Source of the DNA: the human T2T-CHM13v2.0 reference genome, Homo sapiens | Reading direction: 5' to 3' (one strand) | NCBI RefSeq assembly: GCF_009914755.1 | Contig: NC_060940.1 | DNA length: 64,000 bases | Notes under the pieces: model-generated | Databases searched by the model: none | What the model was told of the DNA's origin: nothing | What the model saw: the letters and a program-made list of their open reading frames with translations, nothing else | Translations under genes and position numbers: made by a program | Part shown: positions 27,889 through 43,500 of the stretch, piece after piece | Position numbering within the stretch: position 1 is the first letter of the stretch | Layout: each line of letters starts with the position of its first letter

Positions 27889-30800
27889 TCCATTCCATTC
27901 CATTCAATGATTCCATTCGAATCTATTCCATGATGATTCCTTGCGATTCCATTCGCTGATGTTTCCATTCAATTCCATTCGATGATGATTCCATTCGATT
28001 CCATTCATTGAGGATTCCATTTGATTCCATTCAATGATGATTCCGTTCTATTCCATTCAATGATTGCATTCAATTCCATTCAATGATTATCCCCTTAGAG
28101 TAAACTCAATGATTCCATTCAATACCATTCGATGATGATTCCTTTTGAGTCCATTCAATGATTTCATTCAAGTCCATTTGATGATTCCTTTCAATTCCAT
28201 TCTATGATGATTCCATTCGAGTCCATTCGATGATTCCATTCAATTGCATTCGATGATTCCATTATATTCCAGTCCACGATGATTCCATTCGAGTCCATTC
28301 GATGATTCCATTAGAGTACATTTAATGATTGCTTTGTTTTCAATTCGAAGATGATTACATTGGATTCCATTCTATGATACCATTCGATTCCATTCAATGA
28401 TGATTCCACTCAAATCCATTGGATGATTCCATTCGTGTCCGTTCGGTGATTTCATTAGATTCCATTCGAGGATGATTCCATTCGATTCCATTCGATGATT
28501 CCATTCAATTCCATTCGATGATGATTCCATTCCAGTCCATATGATCATTCCATTTGATTTCATTCGATGATGATTCCATTCGATTCCATTCGACGATTCC
28601 ATTCTATTCCATTCGATGATGATTCCATTCGAGTCCATTCGATGATTCCATTCGAGTCCATTTAATGATTCCATTGGGTTCAATTCAATGATGATTACAT
28701 TGGATTCCGTTCTATGATTCCATTCAATTCCGTTCATTGACAATTTGATTCCATTCGATGATGATTCCATTTGAGTTCATTCGATGATTCTATTCGATTC
28801 TCTTCGATGGTGATTCAATTCTATTATATTGGATGATTCCATTCGATTCCATTTGATGTTGATTCAATTCGATTCTATTCGATGATGATTCCATTGGATT
28901 TCACTTGATGATTCTATTCGATTCCATTCAATGATGATTCACTTCTCGTCCATTGGATGGTTCCATTTCATTCCATTCGATGATGATTCCATTCGATTCC
29001 TTTCGATGATTCCATTTGATTCCATGCGACGGTGAGCAATTCGATTCAATTCCATGATGATTCTATTTGATTCAATTAGATGATGTTTCCATTCGAATCC
29101 ATTCCATGATTATTCCATTGGAATCCATTTGGCGATGATTCCATATGAGTCAATTCAATGATGATTCCATATGGGTCCGTTCGATGATAATTCCATTTGA
29201 TTTCATTCGATGCTTCTATTCAATTCCAGTCGATGATGATTCCGTTGGAGTCCATACGATGATTCCATTTGATTTCATTTGATGATGATTCCATTCGATG
29301 ATGATTACATTGGATTCCATTCTATGATTCCATTCAATTCCATTCGTTGATGATTCGATTCCATTCAATGATGATTCCATTTGAGTTCATTCGATGATTC
29401 TATTCGATTCCGTTCGATGGTGATTCAATTCTATTATATTGGATGATTCCACTCGATTCCATTTGATGATTATTCCATTGGAGTCCACTTAGTGAATCCT
29501 TTAGATTCTACTCGAAGATGATTCCATTCGAATCCATTCGATGATACCATTCAATTCCATTCGTTGATGCTTCCATTCAAGTGCATTCGATGATATCATT
29601 CGATTCCATTTGATGATAATTCCATTTGATTCCATGCAATGATTCTATTCGATTCCATTCAATGATAATTCCATTCAATTCAGTGATTCCTCTGGACTCC
29701 ATTTGATGATGATTCCATTCAATGATTCCATTCGATTCTATTCGAAAATGATTCCATTTGAATCCATTTGATGATGATTCCATTAGATTCCATTTGATGA
29801 TTCCATTCGATTCCATTTGATGATGATTCCATTCGATTCCATTTGATGATTCCATTCTATTCTATTCGATGATGATTCCATTCGATTCCATTCGATGATG
29901 ATTGGATTCGATTCCATTTGATGATTTCATTTGATTCCATTCGTTAATGATTTCGATCAACTCCATTCGATGATTCCATTTAATTCCATTCAATAATGAT
30001 TACATCCGAGTCCATTCGATGATTCCATTTGAGCCCGTTCGATAATTCCATTTGAGTCCAATCAATGATTCCATTCATTTCCATTCAATGATTCCATTCG
30101 AGTCCATTTGATCATTCCGGTAGGGTCCGTTCGATGTTGATTCCATTGGAGTGCATTCGATGATTCCATTCGAGTCCATTTTATGATTTGATTCGAGTCC
30201 TTTCGATGATTCCATTCGATTCCACTCGATGATGATTTCATTCGAGTCCATTCGACACTTCCAATCGATTCCATTGATGTTTCCATTCGAGTCCAATTGA
30301 TGATTCCATTCAATTCCATTCGATGATGATTCCGTACGATTCCATTCTGTGATGATTCCATGTGATTGCATTCAATGATGATTCCTTTCGATTGCATTCG
30401 ATTATGATTCATTTCGTGTTCATTCTATGGTTCCACAGGTTTCCATTCGATGACGTTTCCGTTCGTGTCCATTCCATTATTCCATTCTATTTCATTTGAT
30501 GATGATTCCATTCGATTCCATTCATTGGTGATTCCACTCAATTCCATTCAATGATTCCATTCCATTTCTTTCAACAATGATTCCATTAGTTTCTATTCGA
30601 TGATCCACTTGATTCCATTTGGTGATGATTCCATTCGTGTCCATTCGATGATTCCATTTGATTCCATATGATGATGATTCCATTCGATTCCATACGATGA
30701 TGATTCCATTCGAGTCCATTCAATGGTGATTCCATTCAATTCCATTCGATGATTCCTTCCGATTCCATTCGATGATGATGGCATTCGATTCCTTTCAATC

Positions 30801-33800
30801 ATTCCCTTTGATTCCATTCAAAGGTGATTTCATTCAAGTCCATTCGATAATTGCATTCGATTCCATTCTATGATGATTCCATTCGAGTCCATTTGATGAT
30901 TCCATTCAATTCAAGTCAATGATGATTCCATTCGATTCCACTCGATGATTCCATTGGATTCCATTCGATGATGATTCCATTCAAATCCATTCGATAATTC
31001 AATTCAAGTCCATTCGATGATGATTCCAATCGAATCCATTCAAAGTTTCCATTCAATTCCATTCGATGATGATTCCCTTAGATTCCATTCGATGATTCCA
31101 CTTGATTCCATTTACGATGATTCCATTCGATTCCATGTGATGAATCCATTCAATTCTATTCAATGATGTTTCCATTTGATTCCATTGGACCATGATTGCC
31201 TTTGATTCCATTCAATGATTCCATTCGGTTCCATTTGATGATGATTCCGTTCGATTCCATTTCATTATTCCATTTGATTCCATTGGATGAGTCCATTCGA
31301 TTACATTCGATGATTATTCCATTCGAGTGCATTAGATGATTGCATTCGAGTCCATTCGATGATTCCATTCGATTCCATTCGATGTTGATTCTGTTCAAAT
31401 CCATTCGATGATTCCACTCGATTCCATTCGATGACTCCATTTGATCCCATTCGATGATTTCCTGTGATTCCCTTTGATGATCATTCTATTTGATTCAATT
31501 CGGTGATTTCATTTCATTCCATTCAGTGATGTTTCCATTCGACTGTATTCCATGATGATTCCATTCGACTCCATTCGATTATGATTTCATTCAATTCCAT
31601 TCAATAATGATTCCATTCGAGTCCATTCGATGATTCCATTCGATTCCATTCAACGATGATTTGATTCGTTTCCATTCGATGATTCCATTGGATTCCATTC
31701 GATGATGATTCCATTCAAATCCATTCGATAATTCAATTCAAGTCCATTCAATGATGATTCCAATCGAATCCATTCAAAGATTCCATTCAGTTCCATTCGA
31801 TGATTCCCTTAGATTCCATTCGATGATTCCACTTGATTCCATTTACGATGATTCCATTCGATTCCATGTGATGATTCCATTCAATTCTATTCAATGATGT
31901 TTCCATTTGATTCCATTCGACCATGATTGCCTTTGATTCCATTCAATGATTCCATTCGGTTGCTTTTGATGATGATTCCGTTCGATTCCATTTGATGATT
32001 CCATTTGATTCCATTGGTTGAGTCCATTCGATTACATTCGATGATTATTCCATTCGAGTGCATTAGATGATTCCATTCGAGTCCATTCGATGATTCCATT
32101 CGATTCCATTCGATGTTGATTCTGCTCAAATCCATTCGATGATTCCACTCGATTCCTTTCGATGACTCCATTTGATCCCATTCGATGATTTCCTGTGATT
32201 CCCTTTGATGATCATTCCATTTGATTCAATTCGGTGATTTCATTTGATTCCATTCAGTGACGTTTCCATTCGACTCCATTCGATGATGATTCCATTCGAC
32301 TCCATTCGATTATGATTTCATTCAATTCCATTCGATAATGATTCCCTTCAAGTCCATTCGATGATTCCATTCGATTCCATTCAACGATGATTTGATTCGT
32401 GTCCGTTCGATGATTCCATTTGATTCCACTTGATGATGATTCCATTCGAGTCCATTTGATGATTCCATTCAATTCCATTCTCCGATGATTTCTTTTGAGC
32501 CCATTCAATGCTTCCACTCGATTCCATATGATGATGACTCCATTCGATGCAATTCGATGATGATTCCATTCGCTTGCTTTCGATGATGATTCCACTTGAG
32601 TCCGTTAGAAGATTCTATTCAATTACATTCCATGACGATTCCGTTCGAGTCCATTTGATGATTCCATTAGACTCCATTCGACGATGATTCCATTCGATGT
32701 TATTCGATGATTCCATTCGATCTCATTCGATGATGATTCCATTCAACTCCATTCGATGTTTCCATTCGAGTTCATTCTATTATTCCATTAGATTCCATTC
32801 GATGATGATTCCATTCGATTCCGTTTGATGATTGCATTCTATTTCATTTGATGATGATTCCATTCGAGTCCACTCGATGATTCCATTCGAGTCCATTTAA
32901 TGAATCCATTGGTTTCAATTCTATGATGATTACATTGGATTCCATTCTTTGATGATTTCATTCGGTTCCATTCAATGATGATTCCATTCAATTCCTTTCA
33001 ATGTTTCCATTCAATTCCATACGATGATGATTCCATTTGATTTGATTCGACAGTGAGCCATTCGATTCAATTCCATGATGATTCTATTTTATTCAATTGG
33101 TTGACATTTCCATTCGATTCCATTCGATGATGATTCCCTTTGATTCCATTCCAAGATGATTCCATTCTAGCCCATTCAATCATTCCATTCGATTCTATTC
33201 AATGATGATTCCATTCATGTCGATTTAGTGATTCCATTTGACTTCATTTGATGATGATTCCTTTCAAGTTCATTAGATGATTCCATTCGATTCCATTTGA
33301 TGATGATCCCATTCGAGTCCATTTGATGATTCCATTCGTTTCCATTCCATGATGATTCCATTCCATTCCATTCAATGATTCCATTCGATTCCGTTTGGTG
33401 ATGATTTCATTCGAGTCCATTTGATGATTCCATTTGATTCCATTCGATGATGATTCCATTCGAGTCCATTCGATGATTCTATTCGAATCCACTTGATGAT
33501 TTCTTTTGATTATAGTTGGTGATGATTCCATTGGAGTCCATTCAATGATTCCATTCGATTCCAATCGATGGTGATTCCATTAGAGTCCATTTAATGATTC
33601 CATTTGATTCCAGTCTCTGATGATTACATTCGAGTCCATACGATGATTCCACTCAATTCCATATGATGATGATTCCATTCGATTCCATTCGATGATTCCA
33701 TTCTATTGTAATCGATGATGATTCCATTCGAGTACATTAGATGATTCCATTCGATTCCATTCAATGATGATTCTATTTGTGTCCCTTAGATGATTCCACA

Positions 33801-34726
33801 TGATTCCATTAGATGATGATACTATTTGAGCCCATCCAATGATTCCCTTCGATTCCATTCGATGAGGATTCCATTCGATTCAATTCATTGGTGATTCTAT
33901 TCAATTCAATTCTTTGATTCCATTGCATTCCATTCGGCAATGATTCCATTCGATTTCTTTCGATGATTCCACTCAATTCCACTTGACATTGATTCCCCTC
34001 GATTCCATTCAATGATTCCATTTGATTACAGTGGATGATGATTGCCATCGATTCCATTCGATCACTCCATTCTATTCCATTTGATGATGATTACATTCGA
34101 TTCCATTTGATGATTCCATCTGATTCTATTCGAGGATTCCATTTGATTCCATTCGATGATGATTCCATTCGAGTCCATTCGATGATTTCATTCGAGTACA
34201 TCCAATGATTCCATTCGAGTCCATTTGATGATTCCATTTGATTCCATTTGATAATGATTCTACTAGAGTCCATTCAATGACTCCATTGGAGTCCATTCAA
34301 CAATTCCATTCGACTCCATTCGATGATTCCATTCGAGTCCATTTAATCATTACAGTCGAGTCCATTTGGTGATTCCACCGGATTTCTTTTGATAATGATA
34401 CCATTCAATTACATTTGATGATGATCCCATTCAATTTCATTTGATGGTGATTCCATTAGAGTCCATTCGATGATTTCATTCGAGTCCCTTCATTTATTCC
34501 ATCCGATTTCATTGGATGATGACTCCATTCGAGTCCATTCGATGATTCCACTCGATTCCATTAGATGATTCCATTGGAGTCCATTTGATTGTTCCATTCG
34601 ATTCCATTCGATTTCTTTCGAAGATTATTCCATTTGAGTCCATTCGATGATGATTCCATTCCATTCCATTCGATGATTCCGTTTGATTCCATTCGATGAT
34701 TCCCTTCGATTCCTTTCTTTGATGAT
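27889..34726 (+). repeat. Nested unit 6, long form, 6838 bp (near-identical copy of unit 3)
   Basis: Marker ORFs match unit 3 at +16976/+16975, apart from a 1-bp deletion near 30275. Confidence 0.9.
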
Positions 34727-37700
34727 TCCATTCCATTCCATTCAATGATTCCATTCGAATCTATTCCATGATGATTCCTTTCGATTCCATTCGCTGATGT
34801 TTCCGTTCAATTCCATTCGATGATGATTCCATTCGATTCCATTCATTGAGGATTCCATTTGATTCCATTCAATGATGATTCCGTTCTATTCCATTCAATG
34901 ATTGCATTCAATTCCATTCAATGATTATCCCCTTAGAGTAAACTCAACGATTCCATTCAATACCATTCGATGATGATTCCTTTTGAGTCCATTCAATGAT
35001 TTCATTCAAGTCCATTTGATGATTCCTTTCAATTCCATTCTATGATGATTCCATTCGAGTCCATTCGATGATTCCATTCAATTGCATTCGATGATTCCAT
35101 TATATTCCAGTCAACGATGATTCCATTCGAGTCCATTCGATGATTCCATTAGAGTACATTTAATGATTGCTTTGTTTTCAATTCGAAGATGATTACATTG
35201 GATTCCATTCTATGATACCATTCGATTCCATTCAATGATGATTCCACTCAAATCCATTGGATGATTCCATTCGTGTCCATTCGGTGATTTCATGAGATTC
35301 CATTCGAGGATGATTCCATTCGATTCCATTCGATGATTCCATTCAATTCCATTCGATGATGATTCCATTCCAGTCCATATGATCATTCCATTTGATTTCA
35401 TTCGATGATGATTCCATTCGATTCCATTCGATGATTCCATTCTATTCCATTCGATGATGATTCCATTCGAGTCCATTCGATGATTCCATTCGAGTCCATT
35501 TAATGATTCCATTGGGTTCAATTCAATGATGATTACATTGGATTCCGTTCTATGATTCCATTCAATTCCGTTCATTGACAATTTGATTCCATTCGATGAT
35601 GATTCCATTTGAGTTCATTCGATGATTCTATTCGATTCTCTTCGATGGTGATTCAATTCTATTATATTGGATGATTCCATTCGATTCCATTTGATGTTGA
35701 TTCAATTCGATTCTATTCGATGATGATTCCATTGGATTTCACTTGATGATTCTATTCGATTCCATTCAATGATGATTCACTTCTCGTCCATTGGATGATT
35801 CCATTTCATTCCATTCGATGATGATTCCATTCGATTCCATTCGATGATTCCATTTGATTCCATGCGACGGTGAGCAATTCGATTCAATTCCATGATGATT
35901 CTATTTGATTCAATTAGATGATGTTTCCATTCGAATCCATTCCATGATTATTCCATTGGAATCCATTTGGCGATGATTCCATATGAGTCAATTCAATGAT
36001 GATTCCATATGGGTCCGTTCGATGATAATTCCATTTGATTTCATTCGATGCTTCTATTCAATTCCAGTCGATGATGATTCCGTTGGAGTCCATACGATGA
36101 TTCCATTTGATTTCATTTGATGATGATTCCATTCGATGATGATTACATTGGATTCCATTCTATGATTCCATTCAATTCCATTCGTTGATGATTCGATTCC
36201 ATTCAATGATGATTCCATTTGAGTTCATTCGATGATTCTATTCGATTCCGTTCGATGGTGATTCAATTCTATTATATTGGATGATTCCACTCGATTCCAT
36301 TTGATGATTATTCCATTGGAGTCCACTTAGTGAATCCTTTAGATTCTACTCGAAGATGATTCCATTCGAGTCCATTCGATGATACCATTCAATTCCATTC
36401 GTTGATGCTTCCATTCAAGTGCATTCGATGATATCATTCGATTCCATTTGATGATAATTCCATTTGATTCCATGCGATGATTCTATTCGATTCCATTCAA
36501 TGATAATTCCATTCAATTCAGTGATTCCTCTGGACTCCATTTGATGATGATTCCATTCAATGATTCCATTCGATTCTATTCCAAAATGATTCCATTTGAA
36601 TCCATTTGATGATGATTCCATTAGATTCCATTTGATGATTCCATTCGATTCCATTCGACGATGATTCCATTCGATTCCGTTTGATGATTCCATTCTATTC
36701 TATTCGATGATGATTCCATTCGATTCCATTCGATGATGATTGGATTCGATTCCATTTGATGATTTCATTAGATTCCATTCGTTAATGATTTCGATCAATT
36801 CCATTCGATGATTCCATTCGATTCCATTCGATAATGATTACATCCGAGTCCATCGATGATTCCATTTGAGCCTGTTCGATAATTCCATTTGAGTCCAACC
36901 AATGATTCCATTCATTTCCATTCAATGATTCCATTCGAGTCCATTTGATCATTCCGGTAGGGTCCATTCGATGTTGATTCCATTGGAGTGCATTCGATGA
37001 TTCCATTCGAGTCCATTTTATGATTTGATTCGAGTCCTTTCGATGATTCCATTCGATTCCACTCGATGATGATTTCATTCGAGTCCATTCGACACTTCCA
37101 ATCGATTCCATTTGATGTTTCCATTCGAGTCCAATTGATGATTCCATTCAATTCCATTCGATGATGATTCCGTACGATTCCATTCTGTGATGATTCCATG
37201 TGATTGCATTCAATGATGATTCCTTTCGATTGCATTCGATTATGATTCATTTCGTGTTCATTCTATGGTTCCACAGGTTTCCATTCGATGACGTTTCCGT
37301 TCGTGTCCATTCCATTATTCCATTCTATTTCATTTGATGATGATTCCATTCGATTCCATTCATTGGTGATTCCACTCAATTCCATTCAATGATTCCATTC
37401 CATTTCTTTCAACAATGATTCCATTAGTTTCTATTCGATGATCCACTTGATTCCATTTGGCGATGATTCCATTCGTGTCCATTCGATGATTCCATTTGAT
37501 TCCATATGATGATGATTCCATTCGATTCCATACCATGATGATTCCATTCGAGTCCATTCAATGGTGATTCCATTCAATTCCATTCGATGATTCCTTCCGA
37601 TTCCATTCGATGATGATGGCATTCGATTCCTTTCAATCATTCCCTTTGATTCCATTCAAAGGTGATTTCATTCAAGTCCATTCGATAATTGCATTCGATT

Positions 37701-40545
37701 CCATTCTATGATGATTCCATTCGAGTCCATTTGATGATTCCATTCAATTCAAGTCAATGATGATTCCATTCGATTTCACTCGATGATTCCATTGGATTCC
37801 ATTCGATGATGATTCCATTCAAATCCATTCGATAATTCAATTCAAGTCCATTCGATGATGATTCCAATCGAATCCATTCAAAGATTCCATTCAATTCCAT
37901 TCGATGATGATTCCCTTAGATTCCATTCGATGATTCCACTTGATTCCATTTACGATGATTGCATTCGATTCCATGTGATGAATCCATTCAATTCTATTCA
38001 ATGATGTTTCCATTTGATTCCATTGGACCATGATTGCCTTTGATTCCATTCAATGATTCCATTCGGTTCCATTTGATGATGATTCCGTTCGATTCCATTT
38101 CATTATTCCATTTGATTACATTGGATGAGTCCATTCGATTACATTCGATGATTATTCCATTCGAGTGCATTAGATGATTGCATTCGAGTCCATTCGATGA
38201 TTCCATTCGATTCTATTCGATGTTGATTCTGTTCAAATCCATTCGATGATTCCACTCGATTCCATTCGATGACTCCATTTGATCCCATTCGATGATTTCC
38301 TGTGATTCCCTTTGATGATCATTCTATTTGATTCAATTCGGTGATTTCATTTCATTCCATTCAGTGATGTTTCCATTCGACTGTATTCGATGATGATTCC
38401 ATTCGACTCCATTCGATTATGATTTCATTCAATTCCATTCAATAATGATTCCCTTCGAGTCCATTCGATGATTCCATTCGATTCCATTCAATGATGATTT
38501 GATTCGTTTCCATTCGATGATTCCATTGGATTCCATTCGATGATGATTCCATTCAAATCCATTCGATAATTCAATTCAAGTCCATTCGATGATGATTCCA
38601 ATCGAATCCATTCAAAGATTCCATTCAGTTCCATTCGATGATTCCCTTAGATTCCATTCGATGATTCCACTTGATTCCATTTACGATGATTCCATTCGAT
38701 TCCATGTGATGATTCCATTCAATTCTATTCAATGATGTTTCCATTTGATTCCATTCGACCATGATTGCCTTTGATTCCATTCAATGATTCCATTCGGTTC
38801 CTTTTGATGATGATTCCGTTCGATTCCATTTGATGATTCCATTTGATTCCATTGGATGAGTCCATTCGATTACATTCGATGATTATTCCATTCGAGTGCA
38901 TTAGATGATTCCATTCGAGTCCATTCGATGATACCATTCGATTCCATTCGATGTTGATTCTGTTAAAATCCATTCGATGATTCCACTCGATTCCATTCGA
39001 TGACTCCATTTGATCCCATTCGATGATTTCCTGTGATTCCCTTTGATGATCATTCCATTTGATTCAATTCGGTGATTTCATTTGATTCCATTCAGTGACG
39101 TTTCCATTCGACTCCATTCGATGATGATTCCATTCGACTCCATTCGATTATGATTTCATTCAATTCCATTCGATAATGATTCCCTTCAAGTCCATTCGAT
39201 GATTCCATTCGATTCCATTCAACGATGATTTGATTCGTGTCCATTCGATGATTCCATTTGATTCCACTTGATGATGATTCCATTCGAGTCCATTTGATGA
39301 TTCCATTCAATTCCATTCTCCGATGATTTCTTTTGAGCCCATTCAATGCTTCCACTCGATTCCATATGATGATGACTCCATTCGATGAAATTCGATGATG
39401 ATTCCATTCGCTTGCGTTCGATGATGATTCCACTTGAGTCCGTTAGAAGATTCTATTCAATTACATTCCATGACGATTCCGTTCGAGTCCATTTGATGAT
39501 TCCATTAGACTCCATTCGACGATGATTCCATTCGATGTTATTCGATGATTCCATTCGATCTCATTCGATGATGATTCCATTCAACTCCATTCGATGTTTC
39601 CATTCGAGTTCATTCTATTATTCCATTAGATTCCATTTGATGATGATTCCATTCGATTCCATTTGATGATTGCATTCTATTTCATTTGATGATGATTCCA
39701 TTCGAGTCCACTCGATGATTCCATTCGAGTCCATTTAATGAATCCATTGGTTTCAATTCTATGATGATTACATTGGATTCCATTCGTTGATGATTTCATT
39801 CGGTTCCATTCAATGATGATTCCATTCAATTCCTTTCAATGTTTCCATTCAATTCCATACGATGATGATTCCATTTGATTTGATTCGACAGTGAGCCATT
39901 CGATTCAATTCCATGATGATTCTATTTTATTCAATTGGTTGACATTTCCATTCGATTCCATTCGATGATGATTCCCTTTGATTCCATTCAAAGATGATTC
40001 CATTCTAGCCCATTCAATCATTCCATTCGATTCTATTCAATGATAATTCCATTCATGTCGATTTGGTGATTCCATTTGACTTCATTTGATGATGATTCCT
40101 TTCAAGTTCATTAGATGATTCCATTCGATTCCATTTGATGATGATCCCATTCGAGTCCATTTGATGATTCCATTCGTTTCCATTCCATGATGATTCCATT
40201 CCATTCCATTCAATGATTCCATTCGATTCCGTTTGGTGATGATTTCATTCGAGTCCATTTGATGATTCCATTTGATTCCATTCGATGATGATTCCATTCG
40301 AGTCCATTCGATGATTCTATTCGAATCCATTTGATGATTTCTTTTGATTATAGTTGGTGATGATTCCATTGGAGTCCATTCAATGATTCCATTCGATTCC
40401 AATCGATGGTGATTCCATTAGAGTCCATTTAATGATTCCATTTGATTCCAGTCTCTGATGATTACATTCGAGTCCATACGATGATTCCACTCAATTCCAT
40501 ATGATGATGATTCCATTCGATTCCATTCGATGATTCCATTCTATT
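34727..40545 (+). repeat. Nested unit 7a, long form truncated at its 3' end
   Basis: Collinear with unit 1 positions 1 to ~5825 (markers 35210 to 40082), then jumps register. Confidence 0.85.
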
Positions 40546-43500
40546 CTAATCGATTATGATTCCATTTGATTCCATTCGATGATGATTGGATTCGATTCCA
40601 TTTGATGATTTCATTTCATTCCATTCGTTAATGATTTCGTTCAACTCCATTCGATGATTCCATTTGATTCCATTCGATAATGATTACATCCGAGTCCATT
40701 CGATGATTCCATTTGAGCCCGTTCGATAATTCCATTTGAGTCCAATCAATGATTCCATTCATTTCCATTCAATGATTCCATTCGAGTCCATTTGATCATT
40801 CTGGTAGGGTCCGTTCGATGTTGATTCCATTGGAGTGCATTCGATGATTCCATTCGAGTCCATTTTATGATTTGATTCGAGTCCTTTCGATGATTCCATT
40901 CGATTCCACTCGATGATGATTTCATTCGAGTCCATTCGACACTTCCAATCGATTCCATTTGATGTTTCCATTCGAGTCCAATTGATGATTCAATTCCATT
41001 CGATGATGATTCCGTACGATTCCATTCTGTGATGATTCCATGTGATTGCATTCAATGATGATTCCTTTCGATTGCATTCGATTGTGATTCATTTTGTGTT
41101 CATTCTATGGTTCCACAGGTTTCCATTCGTGTCCATTCCATTATTCCATTCTATTCCATTTCATGATGATTCCATTCGATTCCATTCATTGGTGATTCCA
41201 CTCAATTCCATTCAATGATTCCATTCCATTTCTTTCAACAATGATTCCATTAGTTTCTAATCGATGATCCACTTGATTCCATTTGATGACGATTCCATTC
41301 TTGTCCATTCGATGATTCCATTTGATTCCATATGATGATGATTCCATTCGATTCCATACGATGATGATTCCATTCGAGTCCATTCAATGGTGATTCCATT
41401 CAATTCCATTCGATGATTCCTTTTGATTCCATTCGATGATGATGGCATTCGATTCCTTTCAATCATTCCCTTTGATTCCATTCAAAGGTGATTTCATTCA
41501 AGTCCATTCGATAATTGCATTCGATTCCATTCTATGATGATTCCATTCGAGTCCATTTGATGATTCCATTCAATTCAAGTCAATGATGATTCCATTCGAT
41601 TCCATTCGATGATTCCATTGGATTCCATTCGATGATGATTCCATTCAAATCCATTCGATAATTCAATTCAAGTCCATTCGATGATGATTCCAATCGAATC
41701 CATTCAAAGATTCCATTCAGTTCCATTCGATGATTCCCTTAGATTCCATTCGATGATTCCACTTGTTTCCATTTATGATGATTCCATTCGATTCCATGTG
41801 ATGATTCCATTCAATTCTATTCAATGATGTCTCCATTTGATTCCATTCGACCATGATTGCCTTTGCTTCCATTCAATGTTTCCATTCGGTTCCTTTTGAT
41901 GATAATTCCGTTCGATTCCATTTGATGATTCCATTTGATTCCATTGGATGAGTCCATTCGATTACATTCGATGATTATTCCATTCGAGTGCATTAGATGA
42001 TTCCATTCGAGTCCATTCGATGATTCCATTCGATTCCATTCGATGTTGATTCTGTTCAAGTCCATTCGATGATTCCACTGGATTCCATTCGAGGACTCCA
42101 GTTGATCCCATTTGATGATTTCCTTTGATTCCCTTTGATGATCATTCCATTTGATACAATTCGGTGATTTCATTTGATTCCATTCAGGGATGTTTCCATT
42201 CAACTCCATTCGATGATGATTCCATTCGACTCCATTCGATTATGATTTCATTCAATTCCATTCGATAATGATTCCCTTCGAGTCCATTCGATGATTCCAT
42301 TCGATTCCATTCAACGATGATTTGATTCGTGTCCGTTCGATGATTCCATTTGATTCCACTTGATGATGATTCCATTCGAGTCCATTTGATGATTCCATTC
42401 AATTCCATTCTCCGATGATTTCTTTTGAGCCCACTCAATGCTTCCACTCGATTCCATATGATGATGACTCCATTCGATGCAATTCGATGATGATTCCATT
42501 CGCTTGCTTTCGATGATGATTCCACTTGAGTCCGTTAGAAGATTCTATTCAATTACATTCCATGACGATTCCGTTCGAGTCCATTTGATGATTCCATTAG
42601 ACTCCATTCGACGATGATTCCATTCGATGTTATTCGATGATTCCATTCGATCTCATTCGATGATGATTCCATTCAACTTCATTCGATGTTTCCATTCGAG
42701 TTCATTCTATTATTCCATTAGATTCCATTCGATGATGATTCCATTCGATTCCGTTTGATGATTGCATTCTATTTCATTTGATGATGATTCCATTCGAGTC
42801 CACTCAATGATTCCATTCGAGTCCATTTAATGAATCCATTGGTTTCAATTCTATGATGATTACATTGGATTCCATTCGTTGATGATTTCATTCGGTTCCA
42901 TTCAATGATGATTCCATTCAATTCCTTTCAATGTTTCCATTCAATTCCATACGATGATGATTCCATTTGATTTGATTCGACAGTGAGCCATTCGATTCAA
43001 TTCCATGATGATTCTATTTTATTCAATTGGTTGACATTTCCATTCGATTCCATTCGATGATGATTCCCTTTGATTCCATTCAAAGATGATTCCATTCTAG
43101 CCCATTCAATCATTCCATTCGATTCTATTCAATGATGATTCCATTCATGTCGATTTGGTGATTCCATTTGACTTCATTTGATGATGATTCCTTTCAAGTT
43201 CATTAGATGATTCCATTCGATTCCATTTGATGATGATTCCATTCCATTCCATTCAATGATTCCATTCGATTCCGTTTGATGATGATTTCATTCGAGTCCA
43301 TTTGATGATTCCATTTGATTCCATTCGATGATGATTCCATTCGAGTCCATTCGATGATTCTATTCGAATCCATTTGATGATTACTTTTGATTATATTTGG
43401 TGATGATTCCATTGGAGTCCATTCAATGATTCCATTCGATTCCAATCGATGATGATTCCATTAGAGTCCATTTAATGATTCCATTTGATTCCAGTCTCTG

